A stretch of DNA of 51,088 bases from a virus. Location of the stretch: positions 1 to 51,088 of IMG/VR virus record IMGVR_UViG_3300039098_000044, one strand, 5' to 3'. The stretch's first letter is position 1. Each line of letters starts with the position of its first letter. The translations under genes were made by a program, and so were the position numbers. This document shows, piece after piece, positions 1-9,298 of the stretch. The notes under the pieces were generated by a model that made no database searches, was not told where the DNA came from, and worked only from the letters and a program-made list of their open reading frames with translations.

Positions 1-85
1 GCGTTATGAAGATATCATTCTTCGATGCGTGCAAGCTCATAGCTGATGTATCAGGGTTTAATATAGACGAAATCAAATTCACTAA
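1..85. repeat. 85-bp sequence identical to 51004..51088 (circular-assembly overlap)
   Basis: gcgttatgaagatatc...atcaaattcactaa occurs verbatim at both window ends and lies inside one continuous primase reading frame. Confidence 0.9.
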
Positions 86-761
86 AGAAGAAGTATCATT
101 ATATAAGGAAGCAATGAAATGGTTCGATGCATTTAAGGAAGAATATAAATTCAAAGAATATCATCTTGAAATACAAGAGACATTTCCAGTAACTTCATAT
201 CGTGATTTAACTAAAGATATATTAGAGGAATATGGAGTGTTCTTTTCAAGAGACTTCATATTATCCTCTGGAAGGCCAACTCATAATAAAGTAGGATTCC
301 CAATAACATTTCAGGGAACTATTGTTGGAGTTGACCTAAGAGCTACAAAAAGTAATGATAATGTAAAATGGCTACGTCAACCTAAAGGAATTGATTGTGG
401 ACATACATTATACAATTACGATAAGGTCTATGAATCAGAAGACAATTATGTAATAATAGTTGAAGGAATCATTGACTGCTTAAAATTAGTCCAATATGGA
501 TATAATGTTTTATGTACATTTGGAGCAAGCATAACGAATAGACAAAAGCAACTCATAGAAGACCTCGGATTAACTGTTTATATAGCTTATGATGGGGACG
601 AAGCAGGCTTACATGGAGTAGATCAAGTCTTTGATAAACTTCATTATACATGTGATATATATTACATTGACATACCATTAGAATCTGATCCAGGCATGAT
701 GAAGGCCGATGAGTTCAAAGAGTTATTCGACAATGCAAAATTAATGAGGAGCAAATTATGA
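6..761 (+). CDS. dnaG: DNA primase, TOPRIM/C-terminal part; continuation of 50787..51088 across the circular junction
   Basis: TOPRIM motifs VIIVEGIIDCLK and YIAYDGDEAG; frame is continuous with the zinc-finger N-terminus at the window end (51009 equals position 6). Confidence 0.85.
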   Translation: MKISFFDACKLIADVSGFNIDEIKFTKEEVSLYKEAMKWFDAFKEEYKFKEYHLEIQETFPVTSYRDLTKDILEEYGVFFSRDFILSSGRPTHNKVGFPITFQGTIVGVDLRATKSNDNVKWLRQPKGIDCGHTLYNYDKVYESEDNYVIIVEGIIDCLKLVQYGYNVLCTFGASITNRQKQLIEDLGLTVYIAYDGDEAGLHGVDQVFDKLHYTCDIYYIDIPLESDPGMMKADEFKELFDNAKLMRSKL

Positions 762-1027
762 GTTGGAAAATTGGAGACAGAGTTAAAGTGAAAGCATTAA
801 CCCTAGAAAAATACGGAGATGCAATAAAAGTAGCTGGGTGCTACGGAACAATAACAGTTATAGGAAAAAGGCATTATGGTAAAAGTGCAGTAAATATAAA
901 AATAGATAAATGTGACCATGAATATTCAAGGTGCACTTGGACAACTTGTATAGGTGCATTCAAATCAGAAACACCTCCAACATTAATCACAACCAAACTC
1001 AGAAAAGCTGCTCAAGGGAGTAAGTAA
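758..1027 (+). CDS. small SH3/KOW-like protein, shared-C-terminal-tail family member 1
   Basis: N-terminus MSWKIGDRVKVK; C-terminus PTLITTKLRKAAQGSK; SD gaggag upstream; ATGA overlap with primase stop. Confidence 0.75.
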   Translation: MSWKIGDRVKVKALTLEKYGDAIKVAGCYGTITVIGKRHYGKSAVNIKIDKCDHEYSRCTWTTCIGAFKSETPPTLITTKLRKAAQGSK

Positions 1028-1041
1028 CTCCCGGAGGAAAC

Positions 1042-1599
1042 ATGATTATTATTTTAGTAGGAAAAAGCGGCTCTGGTAAATCAACCATAATGAGACATTG
1101 TGTTGAGCAATTAAAACTCAGCATACCAAAGTGGTTTGTTACTAGAGAACCTAGAAATGATATTTCAGATGATGTTTACACATTTTTAAGTCCACGAGAG
1201 TTTTTAGATAAGCAACTCACAAACGAGATAGAAAATGCAAATGTATTATATGGTAACCTATATGGAAGCAATTTCCCAGATTACAAACATACTAATTACA
1301 TTTCTATTATGGACGTTGAAGGTATGTGGAAGGCTAAAAGAAAATATGGTAAACATGTAATTGGAGTATTTATAGAATGCCCAGAACACGTAAGGGCTTA
1401 CAGAATGTTGATGAGAGGAGACAGTACTGAAGATGTTACGTACAGATTAGGAACAGACCGCACAATGTTTAAAGGTGCATTTGATGTAACAGATTATAAA
1501 ATAACTTCTCAAACTCCACGAGACGACATACGTGAATTAATCGATATCATAAGAGATATAGAAGAAGAGAATGGAGTTGAATTAATTGAGAAAATATAA
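1042..1599 (+). CDS. P-loop nucleotide kinase (guanylate / dNMP kinase-like)
   Basis: N-terminal Walker A LVGKSGSGKST, 185 aa, SD ggagg 5 nt upstream. Confidence 0.6.
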   Translation: MIIILVGKSGSGKSTIMRHCVEQLKLSIPKWFVTREPRNDISDDVYTFLSPREFLDKQLTNEIENANVLYGNLYGSNFPDYKHTNYISIMDVEGMWKAKRKYGKHVIGVFIECPEHVRAYRMLMRGDSTEDVTYRLGTDRTMFKGAFDVTDYKITSQTPRDDIRELIDIIRDIEEENGVELIEKI

Positions 1600-1864
1600 A
1601 AAAGGTGATAGAGTAGAGTATAAAAATTTAGCATTTGATAATAGTAATGTAGCCGATGAAATAGGAACTATTATTGTAGATAATTATAATAGTGATTATG
1701 GGCATGATTGTTTAGTAGAGTTCGACAATGATATAGGTGGACACTCTGGAGATAATGATGAAGGCAAATATGGCCATTGTTGGTATGTTGATTCTACGTA
1801 TTTAATATTAACTAAACCTAAATCAATAATCTATACAAAACTCACGGAGGCTGCCAATGGATAA
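1586..1864 (+). CDS. small SH3/KOW-like protein, tail family member 2 (TTG start)
   Basis: KKGDRVEYK N-terminus; C-terminus KSIIYTKLTEAANG; stop overlaps the dnaE ATG (ATGGATAA). Confidence 0.65.
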   Translation: MRKYKKGDRVEYKNLAFDNSNVADEIGTIIVDNYNSDYGHDCLVEFDNDIGGHSGDNDEGKYGHCWYVDSTYLILTKPKSIIYTKLTEAANG

Positions 1865-4847
1865 AGCCTTTGTACATTTACACACGCATTCCGAGTTCAG
1901 TGAGCTAGATGGGCTGGCTAAGATTCAAGATTATATCGACAAAGCAATTAAATTTGGAATGACAGCTCTAGCAATAACCGATCACGGTTCAACTAGTGGC
2001 TCTTATGAGTTGTTCCAGCTTTGTAACGGAACTCCCATTAAGCCTATCCTAGGGACAGAATTTTATATAAAAACTGAATATGGGAGAGGGCATTTAATAG
2101 CTCTTGCAATGAATAACAATGGTTGGAAGAACATTCTAAAGTTGCAGAAATATGCTTTCTCAGAAAGAGGTTTCGACAGAAAACCATGTATTGATATGAA
2201 ATCTCTTAGGCGACATAACGAGGATATCATCATAACCTCCGCATGTATAGCTAATCCAATCGGGTACTTGATAGGTCAAGACCGAGAGGAAGAAGCAATT
2301 GAAATGGCAATAGAATTTCAAGAAATATTTGGAGACAGATTCTATATTGAATTGCAGTCTTCTAAGATGGAACGACAGGATTATGCGAATAAGGGTTTAA
2401 TCAGAATCGCTAATAAGATTGGCGCCGAGATGATCCTTACAAATGACTGCCACTACGTTGAAGAGGAAGATGCATATGCGCAAGAAGTTCTTCTAGCAGT
2501 TCAAACTAAAGCTAAAATGACTGATGAAAATCGGTTCAAATTCGACTCAGATGATTATTACTTTAAGTCATACGATGAAATGATTGAGTATACCTACTTT
2601 GACGAAGCAATAGCCCATAGAGCACTCCACAATACTATTGAGGTTGCAGATCGTTGCAACGCCACAATCGAAACAGGTTCTTACTTCCCATCTTATCATA
2701 CCCTTCCAAAAGGTCAAGATGGTCAAGCTTTATTACGTAGAATGGTTACTAGACGCTACAAAGAGGATATAACAGGCGCTGGCCTGCACTCCAAACAATT
2801 TGCAGATGACGTAGCCAATGAGTTAGGCGTAATATGTAATGAGGGATTTGCCGACTACTTTCTTATAGTACAAGATTATGTAAACTGGGCAAGGCACAGT
2901 AGAATAATTGTTGGAGATGGGAGAGGCTCAGGTGCAAGTTCTAAGACAGCTTTCACAATAGGAATTACTGCAATCAACCCTGATAACTACAACTTGTTAT
3001 TTGAGAGGTTCCTTTCAAACGGACGTATCCCAGATTTCGATGTAGACTTCTCAGATAGAGAAGCAGTTATAGACTATATAATAGAGACCTATGGATCAAA
3101 CAACGTAGCAATTGTTGGTAGCTTCAATTACATGTCTACTAAGGCAGTCATAAGAAAAGTGTTATCTGCATTTGATTACGAGAGTTACTACATCACAGCC
3201 CTAACGAAAACCATAGATGAAGGTAGTGACTTGGAAAGTGCTTTGAAGAAAAGCGCTAAACTAAAAGGTCATTTTAGTAAAAACCCTGATGAACTAAAAG
3301 TTATAAGAAGACTTTATAATGTAATTAGTCACCCAGGTATTCATGCGGGTGGTGTTATTATATATCCTAATATTGCTGAATTAATCCCAGTTAGAACCTT
3401 GGGAGCAAATAGGAATAAATTAATAGCATACCTAGACAAAAGAGTTTTAGAATGGTTAGGACACGTCAAGTTTGACGTACTTGGCCTTGAGTCACTTACA
3501 GTAATGGAGGACTCAGTTAAATCTATTGCGATGGATTTAGGCACGAACATTGTCTTACATGATATAAACTACGATGACCAAAAAGTTTATGGTATGCTTA
3601 CTCAAGGAGATGTAAGTGGTATTTTCCAACTGGCAAATCAAGCGGATATGTTAATGGAGCAGAAACCAAATTGCTTCGACGACATAATCGCAATCAACGC
3701 TTTCTTAAGACCTGGTGTGGGGGATTGGGAAGAATATATATCTAGGCGTAATGGAAAAGCCTATTATTTACATCCTTTGAGAGAGCCATATCTTAAAGAG
3801 ACATGTGGTATCATAGCATACCAAGAGCAATTTGAAATGGACTGTAAAGTATTTGCTGGATGGTCTATAGCATATGCAGATAAACATGTTAGAAAAAACT
3901 ACAATTTAGCTGCTGACACAGAGCTTCAGGAAAAGTTTATGAAGGATGGCAAGAGTCTAGGATTCTCAGAGGCTCTACTGACACGTATTTGGAGTGAAAT
4001 ACTAATGGCTGCTACAGGTGGCTATTCATTTAATAAATCCCATGCAGCGTCTTATGCAATCCTAAGTTATCAATCAGCTTGGTTAAAATATAACTACCCA
4101 GCTCATTTCTATGCAAGTCTTATGACTAAAGAAGGAGATGATGCTACTAAGTTATCTAATTTAATAGCTGAAGCTAAAAGAAAGAAACTAGAGATATTAC
4201 CACCGGACATAAATAGTTCTACAGAAAAGTTCGTAGCGAAAGGTAATAAGATTTATTACAGAATTACTTCAATTGTACAAGTTGGACCATCTGCAATCAA
4301 ATCAATTATCTTAAGTAGACCCATTAAAAGTATAGAGGAATTAATAGAAGCTACAACCCGAGCAAGTTTAAAAACAAATGTTATAATGAACTTGATTAAG
4401 GCTGGATGCTTTGATTTCCAAAACACTAATAGGTTTGAAGTACTTAATCTGGCTCAGAGAGAATTAGAAATCCCTGAAGAGAACTATCCAAAGTTTAATG
4501 ACATTGAGAAAGGTAGATTAGAAAAACAAGGATTAGGAATTTATTTAACTAATCACCCACTTGACCAATTCTATTATAAACCTTTCTATGATATTGAAGA
4601 CAAAACAGTAGCTATTACGGCTGGTGAGGTTGTTGATGTATCAGAGATTAAAGATAAGAACGGAAATCTAATGGCTTTCGTTACCATCTCAAATCAATAC
4701 GGAAGTATTAAATGTATAATATTCTCTAGTAGTTGGGATAACAAAATGAAAGAAACATTCATGCTTAATGAATTTGTAGCTATTAAGGGCACCAAGTCCG
4801 GAACAAGTCTACTTATAATTAAAGCGACAAAAATGGTATTGGAGTAG
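1857..4847 (+). CDS. dnaE: DNA polymerase III alpha subunit (DnaE-type replicase)
   Basis: PHP motifs FVHLHTHSEFS..DG and ITDHG, 996 aa, C-terminal OB-fold-like segment AITAGEVVDV..AFVTISNQYGSIKCIIFS. Confidence 0.9.
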   Translation: MDKAFVHLHTHSEFSELDGLAKIQDYIDKAIKFGMTALAITDHGSTSGSYELFQLCNGTPIKPILGTEFYIKTEYGRGHLIALAMNNNGWKNILKLQKYAFSERGFDRKPCIDMKSLRRHNEDIIITSACIANPIGYLIGQDREEEAIEMAIEFQEIFGDRFYIELQSSKMERQDYANKGLIRIANKIGAEMILTNDCHYVEEEDAYAQEVLLAVQTKAKMTDENRFKFDSDDYYFKSYDEMIEYTYFDEAIAHRALHNTIEVADRCNATIETGSYFPSYHTLPKGQDGQALLRRMVTRRYKEDITGAGLHSKQFADDVANELGVICNEGFADYFLIVQDYVNWARHSRIIVGDGRGSGASSKTAFTIGITAINPDNYNLLFERFLSNGRIPDFDVDFSDREAVIDYIIETYGSNNVAIVGSFNYMSTKAVIRKVLSAFDYESYYITALTKTIDEGSDLESALKKSAKLKGHFSKNPDELKVIRRLYNVISHPGIHAGGVIIYPNIAELIPVRTLGANRNKLIAYLDKRVLEWLGHVKFDVLGLESLTVMEDSVKSIAMDLGTNIVLHDINYDDQKVYGMLTQGDVSGIFQLANQADMLMEQKPNCFDDIIAINAFLRPGVGDWEEYISRRNGKAYYLHPLREPYLKETCGIIAYQEQFEMDCKVFAGWSIAYADKHVRKNYNLAADTELQEKFMKDGKSLGFSEALLTRIWSEILMAATGGYSFNKSHAASYAILSYQSAWLKYNYPAHFYASLMTKEGDDATKLSNLIAEAKRKKLEILPPDINSSTEKFVAKGNKIYYRITSIVQVGPSAIKSIILSRPIKSIEELIEATTRASLKTNVIMNLIKAGCFDFQNTNRFEVLNLAQRELEIPEENYPKFNDIEKGRLEKQGLGIYLTNHPLDQFYYKPFYDIEDKTVAITAGEVVDVSEIKDKNGNLMAFVTISNQYGSIKCIIFSSSWDNKMKETFMLNEFVAIKGTKSGTSLLIIKATKMVLE

Positions 4848-4850
4848 TTT

Positions 4851-5246
4851 ATGACATTTTATGAATTTACAAAAATAAAAGAAAGATTTTTTAAAAAATA
4901 TAGAGGACTAGTTAAAGCAACATATAATGATTCATACATTAAATGTTTAGGATTAAATGATCATGGAGATGTTATGGTTGATTCATCTCGTATGTATTCT
5001 ATTTATGCAAGTTGTGTATATCCAAAATTTAAATTAAACAAAAATGATAAAATACAATTATATGATGGAGAAATTGTTTATTATGTACAAGAATTAAAAA
5101 ACACATTTCATATATCTTGTAAAAAAGAAATATCAACTAGATTTAGAAAACATATTAGCCCTTCACATATAATGTTTATAAATGATAAACCAGTTTATAA
5201 AATTTCAGTTATACATTCAAAACTAACCCAAGCCGCAACGAGGTAA
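4851..5246 (+). CDS. small protein, tail family member 3 (different N-terminal domain)
   Basis: C-terminus ISVIHSKLTQAATR; stop 1 nt before the start of the nuclease gene. Confidence 0.7.
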   Translation: MTFYEFTKIKERFFKKYRGLVKATYNDSYIKCLGLNDHGDVMVDSSRMYSIYASCVYPKFKLNKNDKIQLYDGEIVYYVQELKNTFHISCKKEISTRFRKHISPSHIMFINDKPVYKISVIHSKLTQAATR

Positions 5247-5247
5247 A

Positions 5248-6228
5248 ATGAAATGTAAAAATTGCAACACAGAATTATCTGCATTTCCAGTGACCTGCAA
5301 AAAATGTGATGAAGCTTTATGCGATACATGCAGTCTTGCAGAAGGTGGAATATGTAATGAATGTTCTGAGAAAGAAAACGAAACACCTGATGTATGGAGA
5401 AGGTCTTGGCTGACTCAATACGATGTGTGCCCTTATATGGTTTATAAAATGGCCGTAGAAGGTATAGTTTCAAAAGGTAATATATGGTCTAAAGTGGGAA
5501 ATATACTTCACGATATATTTGAGGAAGCATCATTAAACAAATTACCAAGAGATCAAGAAGTTTTATATTCTGAATACTTAGTTAGATTCAATGAACACAT
5601 TGAGACTGATGAAGGTAAACAAATGGTTAGTGACGCACAACAATTGGTTAAAGGCGACATAATAGAAAAGATGAAGACTAGAGGAAATTCTAGTATAGAA
5701 ACCTATTTAGACTATGAAGCTAACTCACCAGACCCATTATATACTGAAGTAAAACTATTCTTAGATATAGATGGTTGCAAAAAAATATCAGGTACAATAG
5801 ATAGAATTAATCAACTGGATGACGACGAAGTTGAAATAGTTGATTATAAATCTGGCAAGTGTTATTATGGTAAGAAATTATCGAATGATTTACAGGTGCC
5901 AATTTATATATTAGCCTATAAACAAAAGTATGGAAAATTACCAAAACGATTTGTATTTATATTTGTAGAAGATGGGAAGAAGAGGATTTTCGAGAGGATT
6001 GATGATGACAAATATTCATGTACTGTAGTTAAACGAGAATATATTATTAGCCTACAAGAAACAATTCGACATATTAAGACCATCTTTGCAAGAGTTGCAA
6101 GGGGTAATTGGAATATACCTGAAAAAATTAATTCATTCCATTGTGCTAATTTTTGTGACATAGCAAAAGCAGGTCATTGTGCTGGAGCAGATGATCAGAA
6201 ATGGATTAACCTCCGGAGAACACCATAA
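5248..6228 (+). CDS. PD-(D/E)XK nuclease, RecB/Cas4-like, with N-terminal zinc ribbons and a C-terminal Cys cluster
   Basis: CKNC..CKKC..CDTC..CNEC at the N-terminus; core IDRINQL..VEIVDYKSGK; C-terminal CANFCDIAKAGHC. Confidence 0.65.
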   Translation: MKCKNCNTELSAFPVTCKKCDEALCDTCSLAEGGICNECSEKENETPDVWRRSWLTQYDVCPYMVYKMAVEGIVSKGNIWSKVGNILHDIFEEASLNKLPRDQEVLYSEYLVRFNEHIETDEGKQMVSDAQQLVKGDIIEKMKTRGNSSIETYLDYEANSPDPLYTEVKLFLDIDGCKKISGTIDRINQLDDDEVEIVDYKSGKCYYGKKLSNDLQVPIYILAYKQKYGKLPKRFVFIFVEDGKKRIFERIDDDKYSCTVVKREYIISLQETIRHIKTIFARVARGNWNIPEKINSFHCANFCDIAKAGHCAGADDQKWINLRRTP

Positions 6229-6512
6229 TGAAAATGATAACAGTTTATGACATTGAAGGTATACCAAGCTCAAAAATAGGATATTCTAAAGAACTATATA
6301 CATTTGACGAGATGATTCATTATAAAAATTATGATGAAGCTGAATTGGAAAATGATAGAGATATAGAAGAACGAGATAATCCTAGTGGTTGGGTATTACA
6401 AGAAAGAAAAGATAAGAAATGGATTTTTGTTCCTGTTTATGAGTTTGAAGAATGGGAAGAAATTAAACATAAGTGCTCTGGTAATTGTGCCAATTGTACT
6501 TGCAAACATTAG
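6228..6512 (+). CDS. hypothetical protein with Cys-rich C-terminus
   Basis: ATGA-type overlap with upstream stop; C-terminal CSGNCANCTC. Confidence 0.6.
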   Translation: MKMITVYDIEGIPSSKIGYSKELYTFDEMIHYKNYDEAELENDRDIEERDNPSGWVLQERKDKKWIFVPVYEFEEWEEIKHKCSGNCANCTCKH

Positions 6513-6524
6513 AAAGGAAAATAA

Positions 6525-6713
6525 ATGGTAACTATTTATTTGATAACACTAGTACTAAACGTTTTATACTCAATTTATTTTTCTTCATTAGATAAATATA
6601 AAGATAAAATGTTATCAAAACTTTTAATATTATCCTTATTACCAGTATTGAATATTCTTGTATTAATAATATATTCAATCTCGTTAATAACAATATTATC
6701 AGCAAAGCCTTAA
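6525..6713 (+). CDS. small two-TM membrane protein
   Basis: SD gaaagga upstream; strongly hydrophobic 62 aa. Confidence 0.5.
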   Translation: MVTIYLITLVLNVLYSIYFSSLDKYKDKMLSKLLILSLLPVLNILVLIIYSISLITILSAKP

Positions 6714-6731
6714 TAAAGGCGGAGGTACACA

Positions 6732-7496
6732 ATTAAGTATGTATCGAGTGACTACGATGGCAGTCACAAAACAGAATTAAAACTAGCCTTTATAGGAGAC
6801 CTGCACATAGGTCATTTAAGTTTTAATGAACGTATTCTACGAATGATATTTGATGAGATTGATTCAGATATCGATAACTATCGAATTTTGTTGATGGGCG
6901 ATTTATTAGAAACAGCTACTAAATCTTCAGTCGGAGCTGGGATATTTGAGACTAATTTGACTATCGAAGAGCAGGTTGAACGAGCAAAAGAATTATTCAT
7001 GCCTTATCGTGACATAATTGATGGTATTGTAGAAGGCAATCACGAAGCCAGAATTTATAAAATGACAGGAATAGATATCACTAAAAGACTTGCAGAAGCC
7101 TTAGATATTCCATATCTTAGATACACAGGCGTTGTTAAATATAATGTCAATGGTATTAGATATATGGTTAATGTATGGCATGGTGCAGGTGGAGGAGGAA
7201 CAATAGGTAACTCCTTTAACAAATGTATTAGTATGGCTAAAAAAACATTATCAGATATATATGCAATGGGGCATACACATAAACTTGGAGTTACATCTAG
7301 ACAATTCACAGTTCCTAGAACAGTTCAAGTTGAAGAAATAACTCAACATTTTATCTTAACTGGCTCAGCATTAGACTATGATGAGTCATATCCAGATGGA
7401 ATGGGCTTGGAGAGGGTTACCCCAGGGTTCCCTATAGCTACTATGAGCGGTAAAAAAAGACACATAGATGTAGCCTTAAAAACATACAGTGGCTAA
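6732..7496 (+). CDS. calcineurin-like metallophosphoesterase; start upstream of first ATG (ATT 6732 proposed)
   Basis: Motifs GDLHIGH (upstream of ATG 6843), GDLLE, GNHE and GHTH are all in one frame; GGAGG lies 6 nt before ATT 6732. Confidence 0.65.
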   Translation: MKYVSSDYDGSHKTELKLAFIGDLHIGHLSFNERILRMIFDEIDSDIDNYRILLMGDLLETATKSSVGAGIFETNLTIEEQVERAKELFMPYRDIIDGIVEGNHEARIYKMTGIDITKRLAEALDIPYLRYTGVVKYNVNGIRYMVNVWHGAGGGGTIGNSFNKCISMAKKTLSDIYAMGHTHKLGVTSRQFTVPRTVQVEEITQHFILTGSALDYDESYPDGMGLERVTPGFPIATMSGKKRHIDVALKTYSG

Positions 7497-7989
7497 AAAA
7501 CCAATAGTAGATGAACTTAAGTGGGAAGCCCCACAAAGACCTAGACAAAAGTTAAAGTTTTCAGTACCAATTCCACCCTCAAGTAATAATGCATTTTATA
7601 ACGGAAGGCGTGGAGTTAAAACTTTTGCAAAACTTTGGATGAGCAGATGTAAGGCTCATGTTCTCCAAATAATAGCTGATGAAAACTGGAAGGAGGAAGG
7701 TGAAGAAGTATGGTTTTATATAGACATGATTTTTTACTTTCCTGATAAAAGGTTTAGGGATAATCATAATACATTTAAAATATTTTTCGATGGGCTGCAA
7801 GGAACTTTCATGGTGAATGACTATTATATAATGCCAAGAGTATTTGGTTGTTACCTTGATAGAGATAAACCTAGAGTGGAAGTTGTGATAACAGCTCAAA
7901 CAAAAACTAATCATGAAAAATATAAGAATGGATTTAATAAGAAGAAAACCAATGAGGTGACGAATGTTAAAAAAACCAACAGCGTTTAG
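7489..7989 (+). CDS. rusA: RusA-like Holliday junction resolvase
   Basis: PPSSNNAFY...FYFPDKRFRDNHNTFKIFFDGL matches the RusA pattern (PD.R.RD..N..K...D.L). Confidence 0.65.
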   Translation: MAKKPIVDELKWEAPQRPRQKLKFSVPIPPSSNNAFYNGRRGVKTFAKLWMSRCKAHVLQIIADENWKEEGEEVWFYIDMIFYFPDKRFRDNHNTFKIFFDGLQGTFMVNDYYIMPRVFGCYLDRDKPRVEVVITAQTKTNHEKYKNGFNKKKTNEVTNVKKTNSV

Positions 7990-8218
7990 AGTTCAAGTTA
8001 CATTAAGATATTCAGATGACACAGGAAGTACAATTGAACAAACAATTAATGTTTCAGAAGAACAAACATACGCTGACTTTATGGATGCTATGGCTAAAGC
8101 TTACGAAGTTGTAAGATTCACATTTGGCCCTGAAGTATACGATGAGTTATATAAAGAAAAACCAGAAGTAGAACCAGATGGCGATTCTGCTGATGATACA
8201 GACACAGAAGAGCAATAG
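7964..8218 (+). CDS. hypothetical acidic protein
   Basis: SD gaggtga upstream; acidic C-terminal tail. Confidence 0.6.
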   Translation: MLKKPTAFRVQVTLRYSDDTGSTIEQTINVSEEQTYADFMDAMAKAYEVVRFTFGPEVYDELYKEKPEVEPDGDSADDTDTEEQ

Positions 8219-8227
8219 GAGACTATT

Positions 8228-8446
8228 ATGACTAATAAAGAAGTAAGCAAAATCATGGATGTATTTCTAGAAAACTTTGACGACGTTTTGGCTGTAACAG
8301 TAGTTGAAAGAATAACTGTAGTTACATTGATGAGTGGCAATACAGGGTTTGCAGTTAGAAAAAAAGGCGACGTTAATAAACCCTACAATGCTATGAAACT
8401 AGCTTATTATAGAGCTCACGAAAATAAAATTCTAGAGAAATTATAA
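8228..8446 (+). CDS. hypothetical protein
   Basis: SD taggag upstream. Confidence 0.6.
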   Translation: MTNKEVSKIMDVFLENFDDVLAVTVVERITVVTLMSGNTGFAVRKKGDVNKPYNAMKLAYYRAHENKILEKL

Positions 8447-8447
8447 T

Positions 8448-8534
8448 ATGTCATATTTAATTATATTTGGAACAATGCTCGGGTTATGCTTAATCGCATT
8501 TCTCTGGGCTTGGTACAAAGAGGGAAAAGTATGA
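8448..8534 (+). CDS. 28-aa single-TM micropeptide
   Basis: MSYLIIFGTMLGLCLIAFLWAWYKEGKV; ATGA overlap with the next start; weak SD. Confidence 0.4.
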   Translation: MSYLIIFGTMLGLCLIAFLWAWYKEGKV

Positions 8535-8707
8535 AGATAAATGCTATACAATTTATGGGCGGTCACTTCATCTGTATGATGGATAGTGGTGAAGGCATAG
8601 ATAAAGATTTAATAGAAGGTGACGTTAGAGTAGGTGTATTAGTTGAATACGTAAGCACTGGTAAATATATAGTAACTGGAGCAGCACCTGAAGAGTGTAA
8701 AGTCTGA
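8531..8707 (+). CDS. hypothetical protein
   Basis: ATG 8531 preceded by agaggga; the longer track ORF start (8486) lacks an SD. Confidence 0.55.
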   Translation: MKINAIQFMGGHFICMMDSGEGIDKDLIEGDVRVGVLVEYVSTGKYIVTGAAPEECKV

Positions 8708-8744
8708 GGTGATAAATAACCTACTAGTTAGTAGAGGAAAAATA

Positions 8745-9044
8745 ATGATATTCAAAGAGGAGTTCACACCATTAAACAAAATAAACCTATTACAAAAATG
8801 GATCATACTACAAAGTACAATCTACTACAAGCTCAATCAAAACATTGTAAGTGATCATGATTACGATGCAAACTCAGTTCAACTAGTGAGCCTTATGAAG
8901 GCCTATCCAGAAGAACTAAAAGAATCGAAATATTATTATGTGATGGCAGACTTTGATGGTTCAACTGGAATGGATTTATTCAGTAGGCTTAATATTGAAG
9001 ATGAAGTAGAAATGTGGACATTGGCAAGGTACTTCGTAGGGTAG
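8745..9044 (+). CDS. hypothetical protein resembling domain Ia of NAD-dependent DNA ligase
   Basis: STIYYKLNQNIVSDHDYDANSVQLVSLMKAYPEE resembles the LigA N-terminal pattern YY....P.isD.eYD.L...L...P.; no adenylation domain follows. Confidence 0.35.
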   Translation: MIFKEEFTPLNKINLLQKWIILQSTIYYKLNQNIVSDHDYDANSVQLVSLMKAYPEELKESKYYYVMADFDGSTGMDLFSRLNIEDEVEMWTLARYFVG

Positions 9045-9052
9045 GAGAAATT

Positions 9053-9298
9053 ATGAGAATACAAAATATAGAAAGTAAAAATTATAAAATAAACGAGATA
9101 ATAGTTAAAACAAAAGCAAAATTATTTAAAGATTGGGAAATTGGAGATGTATTTATAGTGCAATTTAATAGTTCATATTATAGAAGTAAAGAATTAAAAA
9201 TAATTAATCTAACAAAAAATACACATGTATTTAAATCTCTTGCTCAATTTGAAAATATCATTCAATGCTTTAATATTATACTAGCGGAGGAATATTAA
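9053..9298 (+). CDS. hypothetical protein
   Basis: ATG 9053 preceded by taggaga. Confidence 0.55.
   Translation: MRIQNIESKNYKINEIIVKTKAKLFKDWEIGDVFIVQFNSSYYRSKELKIINLTKNTHVFKSLAQFENIIQCFNIILAEEY

Noticed and set aside
1-85. The 85-bp terminal repeat as a genuine direct terminal repeat of the virion DNA
   Set aside because: It sits in the middle of an essential ORF and only restores the primase reading frame when the ends are joined. This is typical of circular contig overlap.
3341-3550. Antisense or shadow ORFs inside large genes. Examples: 3341..3550, 5195..5473, 5916..6161, 7055..7309, 7579..7914, 8101..8340, 13140..13352, 15740..16021, 16248..16466, 16643..16843, 17922..18110, 19050..19421, 19599..19850, 20952..21167, 21309..21512, 21721..21912, 22743..22988, 24258..24632, 25537..25722, 25722..26129, 26691..26879, 27305..27502, 30760..31077, 31459..31707, 32350..32673, 35618..35815, 36451..36696, 38728..38994, 39340..39537, 40416..40676, 44560..44769, 45664..45888, 48711..49070, 49325..49639, 49670..49903 and 50122..50379.
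   Set aside because: Each lies wholly within a longer ORF that has motifs or synteny support. They lack Shine-Dalgarno sites and have low-complexity or biased composition typical of shadow frames in AT-rich DNA.
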